DNA of 64,000 nt from the human T2T-CHM13v2.0 reference genome, Homo sapiens: NCBI RefSeq assembly GCF_009914755.1, contig NC_060939.1; one strand, written 5' to 3'. Each line of letters starts with the position of its first letter. The stretch's first letter is position 1. Shown piece after piece: positions 31,956-45,703 of this stretch. Under the pieces are notes generated by a model, which did no database searches, was not told the DNA's origin, and saw only the letters and a list, made by a program, of their open reading frames with translations. The translations under genes and the position numbers were made by a program.

Positions 31956-33916
31956 GCCAGTCATGGGGGAGGATCTGGGGGAGAGAAAGGCCAGATGGGA
32001 GGACGTGGGCACTGAGAGGAAGAGGGAGCGGGAGAAACGGCAGGGGTGGGCAACTCCCTGCCAGTGAGCAAGGCCACGCGGCCCCTGACCCCAGGACTCA
32101 GGGGGATGTGTCCTCCCACCAGCTCCTGACCCCACCCTGTAAGGAGCTGGTGGCAGGAGCTCCTGTTTAGTCCTCCTGTGCCTGAGCAGCCCCGAGGGTG
32201 GGCATCTCTGAGTGCTGGGAGCAGGAGTGGGGACCTGGCTTGTCTTCATGGGAGTGCCCTCTCATGACCACGTGCACAGCGCCCAGAGGCCAGGCCCCAG
32301 GCTGGAGGGCTGAGAGCAGCCAGCGGTCCCCTCTCCTGGGGGAATGCAGGGACTCTTCTGACCTCCCTCCCATCAGCCATCCCACCTCTCTCTGGATGTG
32401 GCGGCATCTCATGGTTTGTGGACTTACTTCTCCAGGGCAGTGGGGGGCGCCAGTGAGCCTGGGTGGGTGCATATCTGTGCAGGAGATGAGATTCCTGGGA
32501 GAGAGGGACGGGGTGGGGTGGGGGGAGTAAGAGGTGTGGCTGTGCATGGCGTGGGGCCTGTGCGCATGTGTGGTATAAGCGTGGGTCGCGTCTGCTTTTT
32601 CCCGTGACTAGCATGAAGCATGCGTTTGAAGGCAGTGGTGGTACCAGGTGTGTGTGTGTGGAGTAAGGTGTGGGTCTGCGCATTTGTGTGTGTGTCTTGC
32701 TCCACGTGTGTGCAGTAAGGGACATGTGTGTGTGCACAGCCCCTACCTGTGTGCCTCCAGATGGTGTGTCCATGTGTCCCTGCAGGCAGGGCCCCTCTTC
32801 TGCTCCTGGCCCAGGGCCACCATCCCCCCAGGTCCTGGGAACCAGAGTGGCAGTTGGCCTTGGGGTTCCCTCCAGCAACAGTGGAACAACAGAGACCAGC
32901 CCCCACCCCAGCCAGTGTCCAGGAGGCTCGTGGGACTGTGATGTCAGCACCAAGCCCTGGCTGAGGTAACCCATCATGGAGCCAGGCCTGTCTTGCCCCC
33001 TAGAGAGAAGGGAGGAACCTCAGGTGGGCCTCCTGCCAGGCAGCGAGCCTCATCCACCCTCCAACGTCTCCTCGTGGCGGGAGAGGGTGAATTCCCACCC
33101 TCTCACTGACACAGCCTCAGACCTCCTGGAGGCCAGGGCTCCAGGTGAAGACCAAGTCTTCGTATCCCCGGACCCAGCCAGAGCCTGGCACAGGGCAGGA
33201 GCTTAGCAAATGTTTGTTGAATGAATGGATGGATGGATGGGGGCTTTGTGTGTGATCAAGTGCCAGGCTCTGGGGTCTAGTGACCTAAAGATACGGATTC
33301 AAGTCCTACAAGGATCAAACCAGGGCTTCCTGCAAGGTCAAGCGAGAACCCCCTGAGTTGTTCAGAAGGGGCCACGCAGCAGTTGGCCAGACCTGGAAGG
33401 CCGTGCCTGACCTTCTGCAGGTCACGTCTCTGGGGGCACTACCACAGGAAAGGCAACGTCAAGCGATGGGACTGCTTCAACCAAAGGTCAATCCCAAGCT
33501 AAATGACCCTGTCATTTTGCAAGCCGAGGCACAAGGGAGGCCCCATTCATCTTCCCTGGAGTCGGCATCCCTTTGATTGCGGGGCCATCTCTCATCTGAA
33601 CATCTTCACCACCCCCCCAATATTCCTTCTGAACCCTCCATCCTCCTTCTCCCCTTCCCTTGGGACCATAAACCCACCCCAAGAGTGAGTCCTAGCTCCA
33701 GGGCCAGCTCCCAATCCTGCCCCTGTCTGGTGACAGCTGGGGCCAGGCTGAAGGTCTGTCCTAGACTGAGCCATAAAGGCAAAAATAATACTTAGTCCTA
33801 ATAGAAGTAAAGCACTTCACCCCAGACGAGCCCTGGTCCTGGTCACCCACTGAGCCCTGGTCCTGGTCACACACAGGACCTAGACCTTTATTTAGAGATG
33901 GGCCACTAATCTGTCA

Positions 33917-34170
<254 letters not shown>

Positions 34171-34707
34171 TGTCATATGACCAAATTTTTTTCCAGGCTC
34201 CGAACGCCAGCTTCCTCATCTTTCCAACAGAAGGTCTTCGCCTGGGCTAAGTGTTAAATCAGAAAACCCCTATTCAGAGGTTGGCCTGCAGTTCCCTGAC
34301 CTGGTAACACTGGGGAGCATTGGCTGCTGTCACCTGCCAGCTCCCACCCCCACCCAACACTTACAGACCAAGCATCACTAATTTTTGCAGCTGCCGTGAT
34401 AAATGGCACTGTCTGCAAAATGACATCTGTCTAATCTGCCACAAGACAGACGGGTCCCCGAGCTCCCACAGCCTCCCGAGAGCCAGCCCAGGCCAGCCTT
34501 GTTGAGATGATGGGCAGACACAAAGCCCAGGGCCTGGGGGCAGGTGGGATGGAGAGGAGACCTCAGGGCCCAGAATCAAGAACATCCCTAGAGGGGTTTA
34601 CCACAGGCTGTTTCCTAAATATTTAGTAGTATGTGTGCTTTTAAAAATATTCCAAAGAATATTATATCCTCTGTTCCTTTCTGACCAAAGTTAGGTCTTC
34701 AATTCAG

Positions 34708-35034
<327 letters not shown>

Positions 35035-38000
35035 TAAATTAAAACCTGGAAATTGTTCAGGTTTACAAGGATGAGCCATTAGACACCGGTTCTGAAGCAG
35101 TGCTCTCTTCCCATCTCCCTCTACTCTGCGGAACAGCGTGCCTCTGCCTAAGCCATTGGGTCCGGGGGCTCTTCTCACCCCCCTCCTCCCTCCCACTCCC
35201 TCCATGGCTCCCACCCTCCCTCCCAGCCCCTCCGCTGACCTCAGCCGCATCCCCTCCATGCCTCAGGCTGGCCTCGGGCTGCCAGGTCAAGGTAGAACTC
35301 CCCTCACACCTTCCTGTGTCCAGGAGTAGAGGTGAATTGGGGCTCTGGATGCCAAGAACGGAGGAAGGACAAATGCCAGCCCCAGAGACCCTCGCCTCCT
35401 CAAGACCAACAGGAGCTGGCGCCTGTCCACCCAGCAGCAGCAAAGCAAGAGCGGGTGCCGGCTGGGGTGGGTGGGCACAAGCCTGGGCTTGAAGATTGAG
35501 GTAACACTGCCCCCTCCTGGCTAATTCATGGCTGCTCCTCTGACAGGCACTGCCAGGCTAAGCTGTTGAGGCTGGGGACATAGCGAGTGACTCTCCACAA
35601 CAGCATGTGACAAGCTGACCCTTCCCTGCAGTCTGCCCAACTGAGAGCTGCCTCTTGCTCTGCCCATCCTGCCCGAGCTAACAGCAGCCCCACCAGCTTG
35701 CTCCAGCTGTCTCTTGGTTGTCAGTCTTGCCTCTCCTCCAAGGGACTCGGGGGAGTCACAGACAGCAGGACCCTGGCATAAAAATCATCATAACCACCAG
35801 GCACTTCAGAGTTTATAAAGCTCCGGCGCTTCTGTTGAAGGCCATCATCCAAGCACCTCGGTGGCTGTACATTTTACGGATGAGGAAAGGGGTACAGAAA
35901 GGCGAAGTGACTTGTCTGTGGCCACATAAAAAAAGGCTTGGCAGGACCGGGCTCCTGGCTCCTGACCCCACCTTCTTTCCCCTGCCCTGCCCAGTGGCCA
36001 GCTCAGACCCACATCCCCTGACATCTACTGCAAGCCTCATTCCCAGCCCTAAGCAGGTATTTCTCACCCTCCTTCTGGGAGCCCCAACCCAGCCCTCAAG
36101 CAAATATATTCACAAATTTTTCATCCAGGTGGGGACTGTCCACTCTACTTCCAAGAGGCTCTGTCTGCAGGCAGCCGGCTGTCCACTGGGGCAGCACAGC
36201 AAGGGTTAACAGCAGGAACTAATATTTAGAAACAGCACTACCCCAGAGGAGTCAGCTGTGGCCAGCTGGTCACAGCCACTGAAGCCACCAGCCTTTGTGA
36301 GTGTGGTATGGAAGACGAGTGCCTGCTCCTGGAAAGCAAAGGCTCCAAGAGGGTCCTTCACCACCCCGGCCCTTGTCCTCCCAGCACGGCTTGTGTGTGG
36401 CTCAGAGGCCAGGGCAAAGCCCTCCACCAGCCTCCCTTCCACAGCTGGCTCCTGAGGGTGGCAAACATAACTTTTCAGCTCCCGAACTGTGTAATTGTTG
36501 GGACTGGCTGCTCCCTCCCCTCCTGAGCCTGGCTGCCTGTACTTGGAGGAGCCCTGTGTGTGCCTCTGCCAGAAGCAGGATCAGGACCACTCCTAACAGA
36601 GGCCCCAGGTCAAAGGCCCAGGCCCAGGGCCCGCTGCCATGGAGCTCTTGGCCAGAAAACTGCAGGGCCACTGAGCCAGCGCCTAAAGCCCGTGCCCTCT
36701 TGCACAGTAGTGGCCTAGGTTCTGTGACCTTCATGGCAGAGGGCCAATTCCCTGAGGGCGGGCCCTGGGCAGCAGGAGCACACCCCTGCTTAGGCACCAC
36801 CCCATCTAGGGCACAGGCACACACCATTTCCCAGCAAGCTGGCTTTGGCCACAGGCTTCTTGGGTGGGGCCCAGGCAACGAGGGTGCAAAACACCCTGGC
36901 CAAGGGTGGGGCCAAACCACAGCCACTGCCCAGAGCGGGGACTCTTAGTCCAAGAAGCACTAGAGGTAGGAGTGACCAGCAGTGCTTGGCCAGCATGGTT
37001 GGGTGAACTCTGCTGGCAGGGAGGTGAGTATTACTGGGCCCTCTGTTGTCTTGTTCTCCAAGAACAATTGGAGAAATGGAGGCAGCACATAACACAGGTC
37101 ACTGTAGCTTCAGAGAAGTTTGAATCTTCTTTTGCCCCTGGGTGGGAACATCCTTCTTCCTTCTTATAAGTGTGTTCTAAGCCTCCTTCTTTCCTCCTCC
37201 CTCCCACCCTGTGCTCTGTCCCATGCTTGGCTGGGGAGGCATGGACGCACACCTCCTGACCCAGCTAAGCAGGCCCCAGGTGAAACTAGGAGAGCTACGG
37301 AGATCAGGATTCCAGGGAATCTTTTGAAAGAGAAGTCGACGAGCACGAAGGAGGGCTAGGAGGGCTTGCTGGAGGAAGGTGAGATGTGGCCAGGGAGGTA
37401 GGGGCAGTCAGGGATGGCCACCAAGGATGCCTGGCCAAGCCATACCAAGGAAAGTCATGGGAAAGGTTGGAGGGCAGAAGGAAGAAGGCCCGAGCCAGAC
37501 CTGAGGATGCCAGAGAGGCCCAGGTCAGCTCTGTTCAGCACTGAGGCTTCAGGGCCTCGGGGGAGCTTGCTGAGGAGCTGGAGAGGGGACAGTTGAGGAG
37601 CAGGCACGGCTGGTCCAGCAGCCTTTGTTCCAAGACAGTGGGAGGTGGTCAGGGGTCAGTTCCAAAGGCACACAGGGGCCTCGACTTTCTGCCAGTCTGC
37701 CTGGCATGATGCTGCTCAGCATTGGTCCAGAGTTCCAGCCCTAGGTTACGGCTGAGCAAAGGCCAGGCCTGTGTGCGCTGGAGCCGCAGCATCCCTTTTT
37801 CACTGAGAGCCTCAGTTTCCTCATCTGGAAGCAGGGACACAGTTGGCCAACACATACGCTTCCCAAAGTTGTCAAGAGACCAGGTGAATGTTTTTTGTAA
37901 ACTGGGAAGCCCCAGCAGAGATGCACCAGCCGGGTTATTACCGCCGTGCTGGTTGCCATTATTTTCCAGGCCTGTGTTTCTCTGCCCAGCTAGCAACAAG

Positions 38001-38634
38001 GCAGGGGGAGGCTCCCAGCTAATCCAGACTTGAATCTCAGCTGTGGGTGGGAGCGCCCTGTCTGGAGGCTCCACAGACATCTGTGTAGGTGGGGAGCAGG
38101 GAAGATGGGGAGGGGGAAGGGCGGGGGAGATGGGGCCAGCAGAGATCTTCACCCAAATTTTTGATTCATAGAACAAAAAGCCTTCTGTCTTATTTTTTCA
38201 TTCCTGAAAAGAAAGCTCTTTTCCTCCAAACACAGTCTTCCAAGCAGCACCCCCAACCCCAGGCCCACAGTTGGCCAGTAATTAGCCCCTAATGAGGACC
38301 AGGTGTCCTGCTGACTTGAGGAGAAGGAAAAACAAGGGACAAATTGTGGAATCAATGGCTTTACCACCACTGAGGCCAGCCTGGCACAGCTTTCATCCCA
38401 GGCCTCCTAGGGCACATGGATGGAAGCTCTTAGGTTTGCCAAAATCCCCACAGAACAGCAGCAATTGGTTTCTTAGTCAACTACAGCAGGCATTTATTGC
38501 ACACCTACTGTATGCAGCAGCCTCCGGAGGGGAAAATTGAAGCTTTGCAACAAAGGAAGTGATATGTGTAAAGCTATATGTAAACCATGAATCACAGGGA
38601 TGTGCAGGATGACAGAGACAGAGGAGAAAAGATA

Positions 38635-38845
38635 AGCATTTATTGAGCACCTACTGTATGCCAGGTCCTGGGCTAGGCACTTGAGGTACATTAAAGCATT
38701 TAATCCTCATCAACCCAATTTTACAAGTGAGGAAACTGCCACAGAGAGGTGAGGTGACTTGTTCAAGGTTTGACAGCCAAGTAGGAGAGCGGGGATTCGA
38801 ACCCAGGTCTCTCTGGTTTCAAGACCAGTACTCATAACCCCCGCA
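38635..38845 (-). mobile_element. MIR
   Basis: atttattgagcacctactgt...tttaatcctca...attttaca..tgaggaaactg...gacttg..caagg...gattcgaacccagg core. Confidence 0.85.
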
Positions 38846-38864
38846 TGGATCAGTCACCATCACA

Positions 38865-38983
38865 CCTCGAAAGTCCTGACACTCAGCCAGCCGGGATGCA
38901 GTCCACGCCACAGCCCTCACCTCCAGCCCCTGCCCTGGCCCTGGCTTTGACCCTGGCTATGTTGGCCAGACTTGCATCCGTGG
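38865..38983 (+). pseudogene. CSPG4P13: CSPG4 exon 1 remnant (partial 5'UTR + signal peptide coding, ATG at 38896); donor mutated to AT
   Basis: 38896-38983 (88 nt) translates MQSTPQPSPPAPALALALTLAMLARLASV versus recalled CSPG4 MQSGPRPPLPAPGLALALTLTMLARLASA. It is followed by ATGAGT instead of GTGAGT. Upstream cctcgaaagtcctgacactcagccagccggg resembles the end of the CSPG4 5'UTR. Confidence 0.92.
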
Positions 38984-41900
38984 ATGAGTGAGGGGCCTGA
39001 GACCCTGACCCAGCCTGGCAGAACTAGAGGGGTTCCTCAGGGAGGGAAAAGGGACAGGAGGACCCAGAAGTGGCCCCCAGATCAGAAGTCAAGCAGGCTG
39101 CGCTTCTCCCACCACTAGCTGGGGTCGCCAGGGGTTCAATCCTGGGGCGGACACGGGACCCCGCTATCTCAGGTTATGGGGTTTCTAGCTAGCCAAGGCT
39201 GTCCAGTTAGGGGCGGGAGCAGGCGCCCTAGGCATGGATTGCCTAGGGCGTGGCTTTGCCCGTTTGGATTGTCTGAGACACCAGTGGGGCCACCCCAATG
39301 CTGTCCGAGCTTTGTTTGCCAGGCAAGTTTGGGGTGAGTATGTTGGGGTCCAAAGGGACCCGGCGACAGTGAGAAGTGGGTCCTCCAGCTTCAGATGCCC
39401 TGGGCCAGGAACGGGGAGTGCTACAAGGTGGGAAACGAGGAAGGAGCCACCCTGCCCTCCCCTGTGAGGAGCACCCCCACACCCCTCCAGCTGCCCCCCA
39501 GCTCTGCCCCTTCTCTCCTCCCCTTGCTTCCTTGCAGATCCATCTATCTGCCACCTCCCCTCTTCATTCTCTCCTCTCCCTCCTCCTGTTGGTGACAGGC
39601 AGGACCCCCCACCCACTACCCACTCTCAGCCTCCTAGAGGGAGAGCTGGTGCCCCTCAGCGGGGCTTGTCCTACAGATAGCTCTGGACCACCCCCTGCCA
39701 CACCTCCTCATCCCAGCACTGATGCCTGACCCAGCAGAGGCTGAATGGAAGTTCGCTTTCAGAGAAGTGCTGGGATATATCCCCTCTCTGTCCCGATGCC
39801 AGAAACCCCAACATGACAGCATTCTTCCTTCAGCGAAGGCAGCTCTAGTTATGCCATAAGAACTGCAGCCTTAGGGCCCATCCATCATCACTACCCATGT
39901 GTGATTCAGTGCTTCAGCTACACCTTCGAGATCATTCCCAAGAGCAGCATGGAGCAAAGGCAGGGCCTGAGCCTCCTTCACAAGGGCCCAGGCTACACCC
40001 TTCTCTCCTTCAGATGGAGAAGCCAGCTCTAAAAGAGGGCATCACATGGTTCCCAGAAGGGAAGTGAGTCAAGGGAGGACCCCCGCGGGGTGAATCAGGG
40101 CTGGATCTCCAGGCTCCCTGTTCCTGCAGGGACCAGACCCCCTAAGATCTCAGGGCCTGAGGGATGGGCTGGGCCGCCAGGGAGATGGGAAGGGAGCATC
40201 CAAGGTGACCAGGGTGGTCAGCTCATTCAGGCCCCAGCCTCCAGCCAAGGAGGGATTCCAGTACCCCCACCTCCTTGGGCTTCAACTGAGAGCCATTCTC
40301 AAATACCTTCTTAGCCCTGACAGCATGCAGGCATGGTGCTAGGCTCGCAGGGGCACGGGAAATTGAGAGGCTGAACTGAGACTCATTCAGGAGGCAGAAA
40401 GGCAAATTAAATCTCAAACAGCAAAAATCTGGATGAAAAGTACAGAGGGGAGAAAAGCAGGGGCAAGCTGGGGCAGGACACAGGGTGGGCCTCAAACCAA
40501 GCCTTGGTGGATGGGAAGGGAGTCAGTCCTCCAGGCAGGGGCGCTGACTCAGAGGCACCAAGGTGGGTGTAAGCAGAGGGGTGTTGAGACAGGAAGGCCA
40601 GCAGCCTGGCTGGGAGGCATATTTCGAGCACAGGCCAGGGAGAACCACTGGGCTGGGGCACAGAAGCCTTAAATGGCAAAATGAAGCCCACGGCCTTATG
40701 CCCTGTTGGCAAAGGAGATGCCACAAGGGTTTTAGGGCAAGAGAGCAGCATGGTGCTGTGGGGTTTTATAAAGTTACACCATCCCCTGCCTTTAGGAGGA
40801 CTCGGAAATGAGGAGGGGCTGTGAGAGCTCCCGTCCAGCAACCCATCTCTGTCACCACTCCTGGTCCAGCTGCCTGCCCTGATTTCTGCAGTAGGGGCAG
40901 CCCCTGCCTGAGGAAGGCGTCCCTCCCACCCCTCCCGGATGCCCCTGGCTGCAAAGGCCCTCGTCCTCCCGTATCCGAATGAGGCGTGCTGGGAGGCTCT
41001 CCCTCTACTCATCAACATTTGAGGCATCCGGGTCAGGGGGCCTGGCAGTCAGCAACCTAGAGGCCATCTGGGCCAATCTTCCACTTGTATAGAGAGGGAA
41101 ACTGAGGCCCCAGAGAGGAAGAAAAGTACTCTGAGTTCCACCAAGAACCCCAGCAGCCCAGGAAGAGCCTCCAGCCCTGCTTCGAGGGTGCTCCCAGCCT
41201 GCGTCGGGGCCTAGGCTTGGGCCACTGAGACAGTGTGGGTGACAGATGCGGTGTCCACCTCCTTCTGAGCTGTATGGGAGGCCCCAGCAGAGAGCCAAGC
41301 ATTGGGGAGATTGGATTTGAGCTGATACTGGAAGGACAGGCAGAGAAGGAAGGAGGTGACATTCTAGTCGGGGGGTCACAGTGAGCACAGGGCAGGCAGG
41401 GGTGGTGGCTCCCACACTTCTTCCCTGGCATCGCTGACTGAAAGGCAGAATGTGAGGGGTTGAAGTGGGACCCAGGTTGGGGAGTACCTGGCAGGGAGGG
41501 CTTGTGTGTTACCTGAGTGGGGACTCAGAACTGATGGGGGTATCTTAGTGAGCAGGGCCACAGGGACACCAGGTACAAGAAATTGAAGCAGGGTAGATCC
41601 TGCTGCCTCTGAGGATGGCTTGGGGGGACCGATGGTGCTCGGGACAGGCACTGAGCCTTGTGTGCACCTTGTGTGCCACCCCAGGCCTCCGGAGCAGGGC
41701 AGGGCCCAGGGGCCAGAGCCCTTGGCCCAGCCCACCCGGACTCGAGAAAAACTGTTCTAGAGCAAGTGTAACGGAGCCTCCCTCCCTACGCCTGCCCGCC
41801 CGGGCAGGACAAGAAGGGCCTTTTAGTGCTGCCCGCCTGGGGGGCCTGGGGTGGGCCATGCCAGGTGGGCCAGGCGGCTGTCGATGATGGCAGGAGGGGA

Positions 41901-42696
41901 GTGGGGTGCGTGTGGAGCTCGCGGAGGAAGTGTATAGGCTGTGTCTGGGAACTGGGAGTGCTGCCCAGGACGGGTGGGCAGGGGAGGGGGAGTTGGAAAT
42001 AGCCCTGACATCCACACTTACTGGCGCACACAGATGTGGGCACACACACTTGCACACGGCCACTCTCACAGACCTGGACGAGCATGGCTACTGCCTCTGT
42101 CTCCAAGTCCCCTACCTTAAAGATCTGGGCCAGTGGCGCTTGCGAGGAAGGAAGTGAGCACAGGATGGGGACGGGGTGCCACCCTGAGCTGTGTCTTCTA
42201 TTCAAGGCCAGGAGAAAATGAACAGGGGCTTGTGGGTCTGGGACTAGAGATTGGCCCCTCCCTGGTCCCTCTGCTCCTTCATCGCCTTTCTCCCGGACTC
42301 CTGCCCCATCCAGCTCTCCTCTCGCCTCCAACATGCCCTCCGCCCCAGCATATGTCAGTTCAATAGAGCATTCCAGAGTTAAGACTCTTCCTCCAGCTGC
42401 AAGCTTAAGACAGGTTTCAAATTTACTGTTTTACCATTCCTACTGAGTTTGTATGAGGAATTTTTAAATGAACTGAATTTGTATGAACAATTTTGTACTT
42501 GGCTCCTCCATGGGGCAAGGGTATCTAGCTCTCTCCACTTCTCAGGAGGGTCCGTAACTCCAAACAGGAGAGGACAAAGCTGTCTTATTGCTGTGCTTGC
42601 ACTAGAGGTACGAGCTGGGTGTCCCATGTCCCAGGGTGTGCACTAACCATGTTGTTAGTCCTGCAGCCCCACAGCAGCCCTGCCGGTCAGGAAACA

Positions 42697-42939
<243 letters not shown>

Positions 42940-44165
42940 TGAGGAAACTGAGGCTCAGAGAAAAGCAGGGACTGCCTCAGGTCTCTCTTTGGGCACACAG
43001 GCCGTGGTATTCTCACTCACTCCAACAGCAACAAGCTTCCCTACATCAAGCCAGGTGGACAACCACCCACCAGTGGGCTCGGGCCCCAGCAGGGGAAAGA
43101 GAGAGGTCTGCAGGGACAGACAGCTTGCTGAGGACTCCAGATGTTTGTTCTGTCTCCCCATCCCCCACCAGCCAGCGTTCTCTCCCTTTCCAAACCCTCC
43201 CCACTTTCTCACAGCCTAAGCAAATCCCCTTCAAAAAACCCTCTCCCCCCAAAGCTAGGGTTGCCAATGAAGCCACTTTTGTCTCTGATGTAGGGTGATA
43301 GCTGTAGGGCTGCTGTCAAGGTGGCCTGGTGGCAGGGGTGGGCCCCATCAGGGACAGTGCCTGTCCTGTTGAGCATTCCTGCCTCTCGCTCAGCTCCTTC
43401 CCACACCCAGGCCGGCTCCCAGCCTGTGGAGGAGGCCGCTGGCTCTGCCAGCCCTGGCATGCATGCGTTAGCCAGGCCTCCAGCCATCGCTCCTGCTTCA
43501 ACACTTCAGTGTGTGGCTCTCCTGCGGCCTAAGGTTGAGGTGTGTCAGTGACGCTGCCTCCCTTCCGGGAACTTACTGCAGAAACCCCTGACCCCAGACC
43601 AGCCCCCCATGGATCCTGGGGAAACCCGGGCTCAGACAGAGGAGCCTGCTTGTTCAGAGTCACACAGTGAGTCCTCAGGAGATTAGGGGGAGGGCTCCCT
43701 ACTCTTTGGCCCTGGTTTGGGAGGTAGCTTCACCCTCAGGACCAGCAGCTCCCCGGGAGCACACATCCCACCTGCTTTGCTCAGGGGTCTCCCCCATTGT
43801 AGGGCTCACAGCCTGGCCCCCAGAGGGGTGTAGAGATCACTGAGCCAACCAGGGATTTTCTGACTGCGCTCCAGCGCACCCCAGGGCTCTCCAGCTGAGC
43901 CGGCCTGGAGGCAGCTGAGCTTGGGAATATGGGACGCCTGCCCCACCCCAATTCATGCAGAGCCACTCCACAAACCTGTTTATAGATTGGGTTCCATGAA
44001 GATTGGTACTAAGGGTCCTTGGAAGATGTCCTTCCCCAAGTCTGGGAGCCTGGAGGCCGGGAGCAGAAGGTGGTCCCAGCTTCCTCACAGCAGGCCTGGG
44101 GCTGCGTGGCCTCTCCTGCCCCAGCTTCCCACTCCTGCCCGCTGCCTGCTGGCCCTCACTCCACA

Positions 44166-44816
44166 CTGGCTGAGTGTCCCTTATCTGAAACGTTGGGGAC
44201 CTGAAGTGTTTCAGATTTCTGAATTTTTTTTGGCTTTTGGAATATTCGCTTATATATAATGAGATATTTTGAAGATGGGACCCAAATCTAAACATGAGAT
44301 TGATTTATGTTTAATATACACCTTATACACATAGGCTGAAGGTAACTTTATAGATTTTTTTTAAAGAATTTTGTGCCTGAGAGAAATTTATGTTACGTTC
44401 TTACGTGTGGAGGCCAGACGCGGTGGTTCTTGCCTGTAATCCCAGCACTTTGGGAGGCTGAGGCAGGCAGGTCACCTGAGCTCAGGAGTTCGAGACCAGC
44501 CTGGCCAACACGGTGAAACCCTGTCTCTACTAAAAATACAAAAATTAGCTGGGTGTGCTTGTGACGCCTGTAATCCCAGCTACTCAGGAGACTGACGCAT
44601 GAGAATCGCTTGAACCTGGGAGGCAGATGTTGCAGTGAGCTAAGATCATGTCACTGCACTCCAGCCTGGGCGACAGAGTGAGTGAGGGTTCATCTTAAAA
44701 AAAAAAAAAAGTTCTTATGTGTGAGATTTTCCACTGGTGGCATCCCATTGACACTCAAAAATTTTGGATTTAGGGACATTTGGATTTTGAATTTTCAGAT
44801 TAGGGATGCTCAACTG
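44166..44816. mobile_element. Tigger4b/MER46-type (TcMar-Tigger) DNA transposon, interrupted by an Alu
   Basis: TIR-like ends ctggctgagtgtccctta / tagggatgctcaactg; internal atatacaccttatacacatag.ctgaaggtaa. Confidence 0.8.
44412..44710 (+). mobile_element. AluSx-like
   Basis: Dimer plus poly-A; TSD gttctta(c/t)gtgtg. Confidence 0.92.
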
Positions 44817-45207
44817 TGTTGTGCTATGTCCTTCTCTCCCTAAATATATCATCCTCCCTGGTCAAGGTGATCCCGTGTCCCACAGACTGGCTGATCAGAT
44901 AGAACTAGGCCATCAGATAATAATCCATAACCGCTGGCACCCTTCCACTTCTGCTCAAGCTGCTCCATGCAACAGGCCTTCCCTTTTCCCCCATCCTCCA
45001 AGGCTCAGCTCCAGTATCGCCACCCCCAGGAGCCTGTTCTAACCACAGATTGCTCTGAGACCCATGACCTGGATGGCCCCTCTCCTGGGGCCCTGCCCTC
45101 CATCTCTGTGGGGTTACAGGCCTTTCTTCCCCTACCCTCAGCTGGCCTCTGTCCCTGGTCCATGACTTTCTTCAGCCTGACACCCAGTAAGTGCACATGC
45201 GTATGTG

Positions 45208-45335
45208 TGCACACACACACTTACACATTCACACACATACACTCACACATACACATTCACACACACTCACACACACATACACACACATACACTCACACTC
45301 ACATACTCTCACACTCACACACACACACACACACA
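45208..45335. repeat. Degenerate (CA)n
   Basis: CA-rich tract with CT/TA interruptions. Confidence 0.9.
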
Positions 45336-45659
45336 GTGTTGCTCAGCAGGCAAGGAGTGTCCCTCCCCTGAGCCAGCAGCCCCAGGGAAAACCCCCCCAG
45401 AGCAGGCCCTCTGGCCTGGGCCAGTCCACTCTCTGGGGAGTCAGAGGGGGCTGGGGAGAGGAGACGAACTTCCGTTCCCATCTAAGAGCAGCCCCTTCCC
45501 CCACCCACATTTCAGGGAGGGGCAGCTATAAATACCAGTGGGACCAGGACACTGATTCCCACGACATCCACTTCTCCCTGCCCCTTCCCTGTGCACAGTG
45601 GCTGGGGCCAGACCAGCTCTCCTGCAGCTGGAGGCCAGCCAGGCAGGCCTGAGGCCTAG

Positions 45660-45703
<44 letters not shown>

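Noticed and set aside
37051-37075. Two overlapping short hairpins (ttgttct/agaacaa and ttctccaa/ttggagaa)
   Set aside because: Stems of 7-8 bp are expected by chance in 64 kb, and the half-sites are everted relative to a real GRE.
38490-38665. Apparent direct repeat gcatttattg..cacctactgtatgc
   Set aside because: Explained by the shared 3' end of adjacent L2 and MIR relics.
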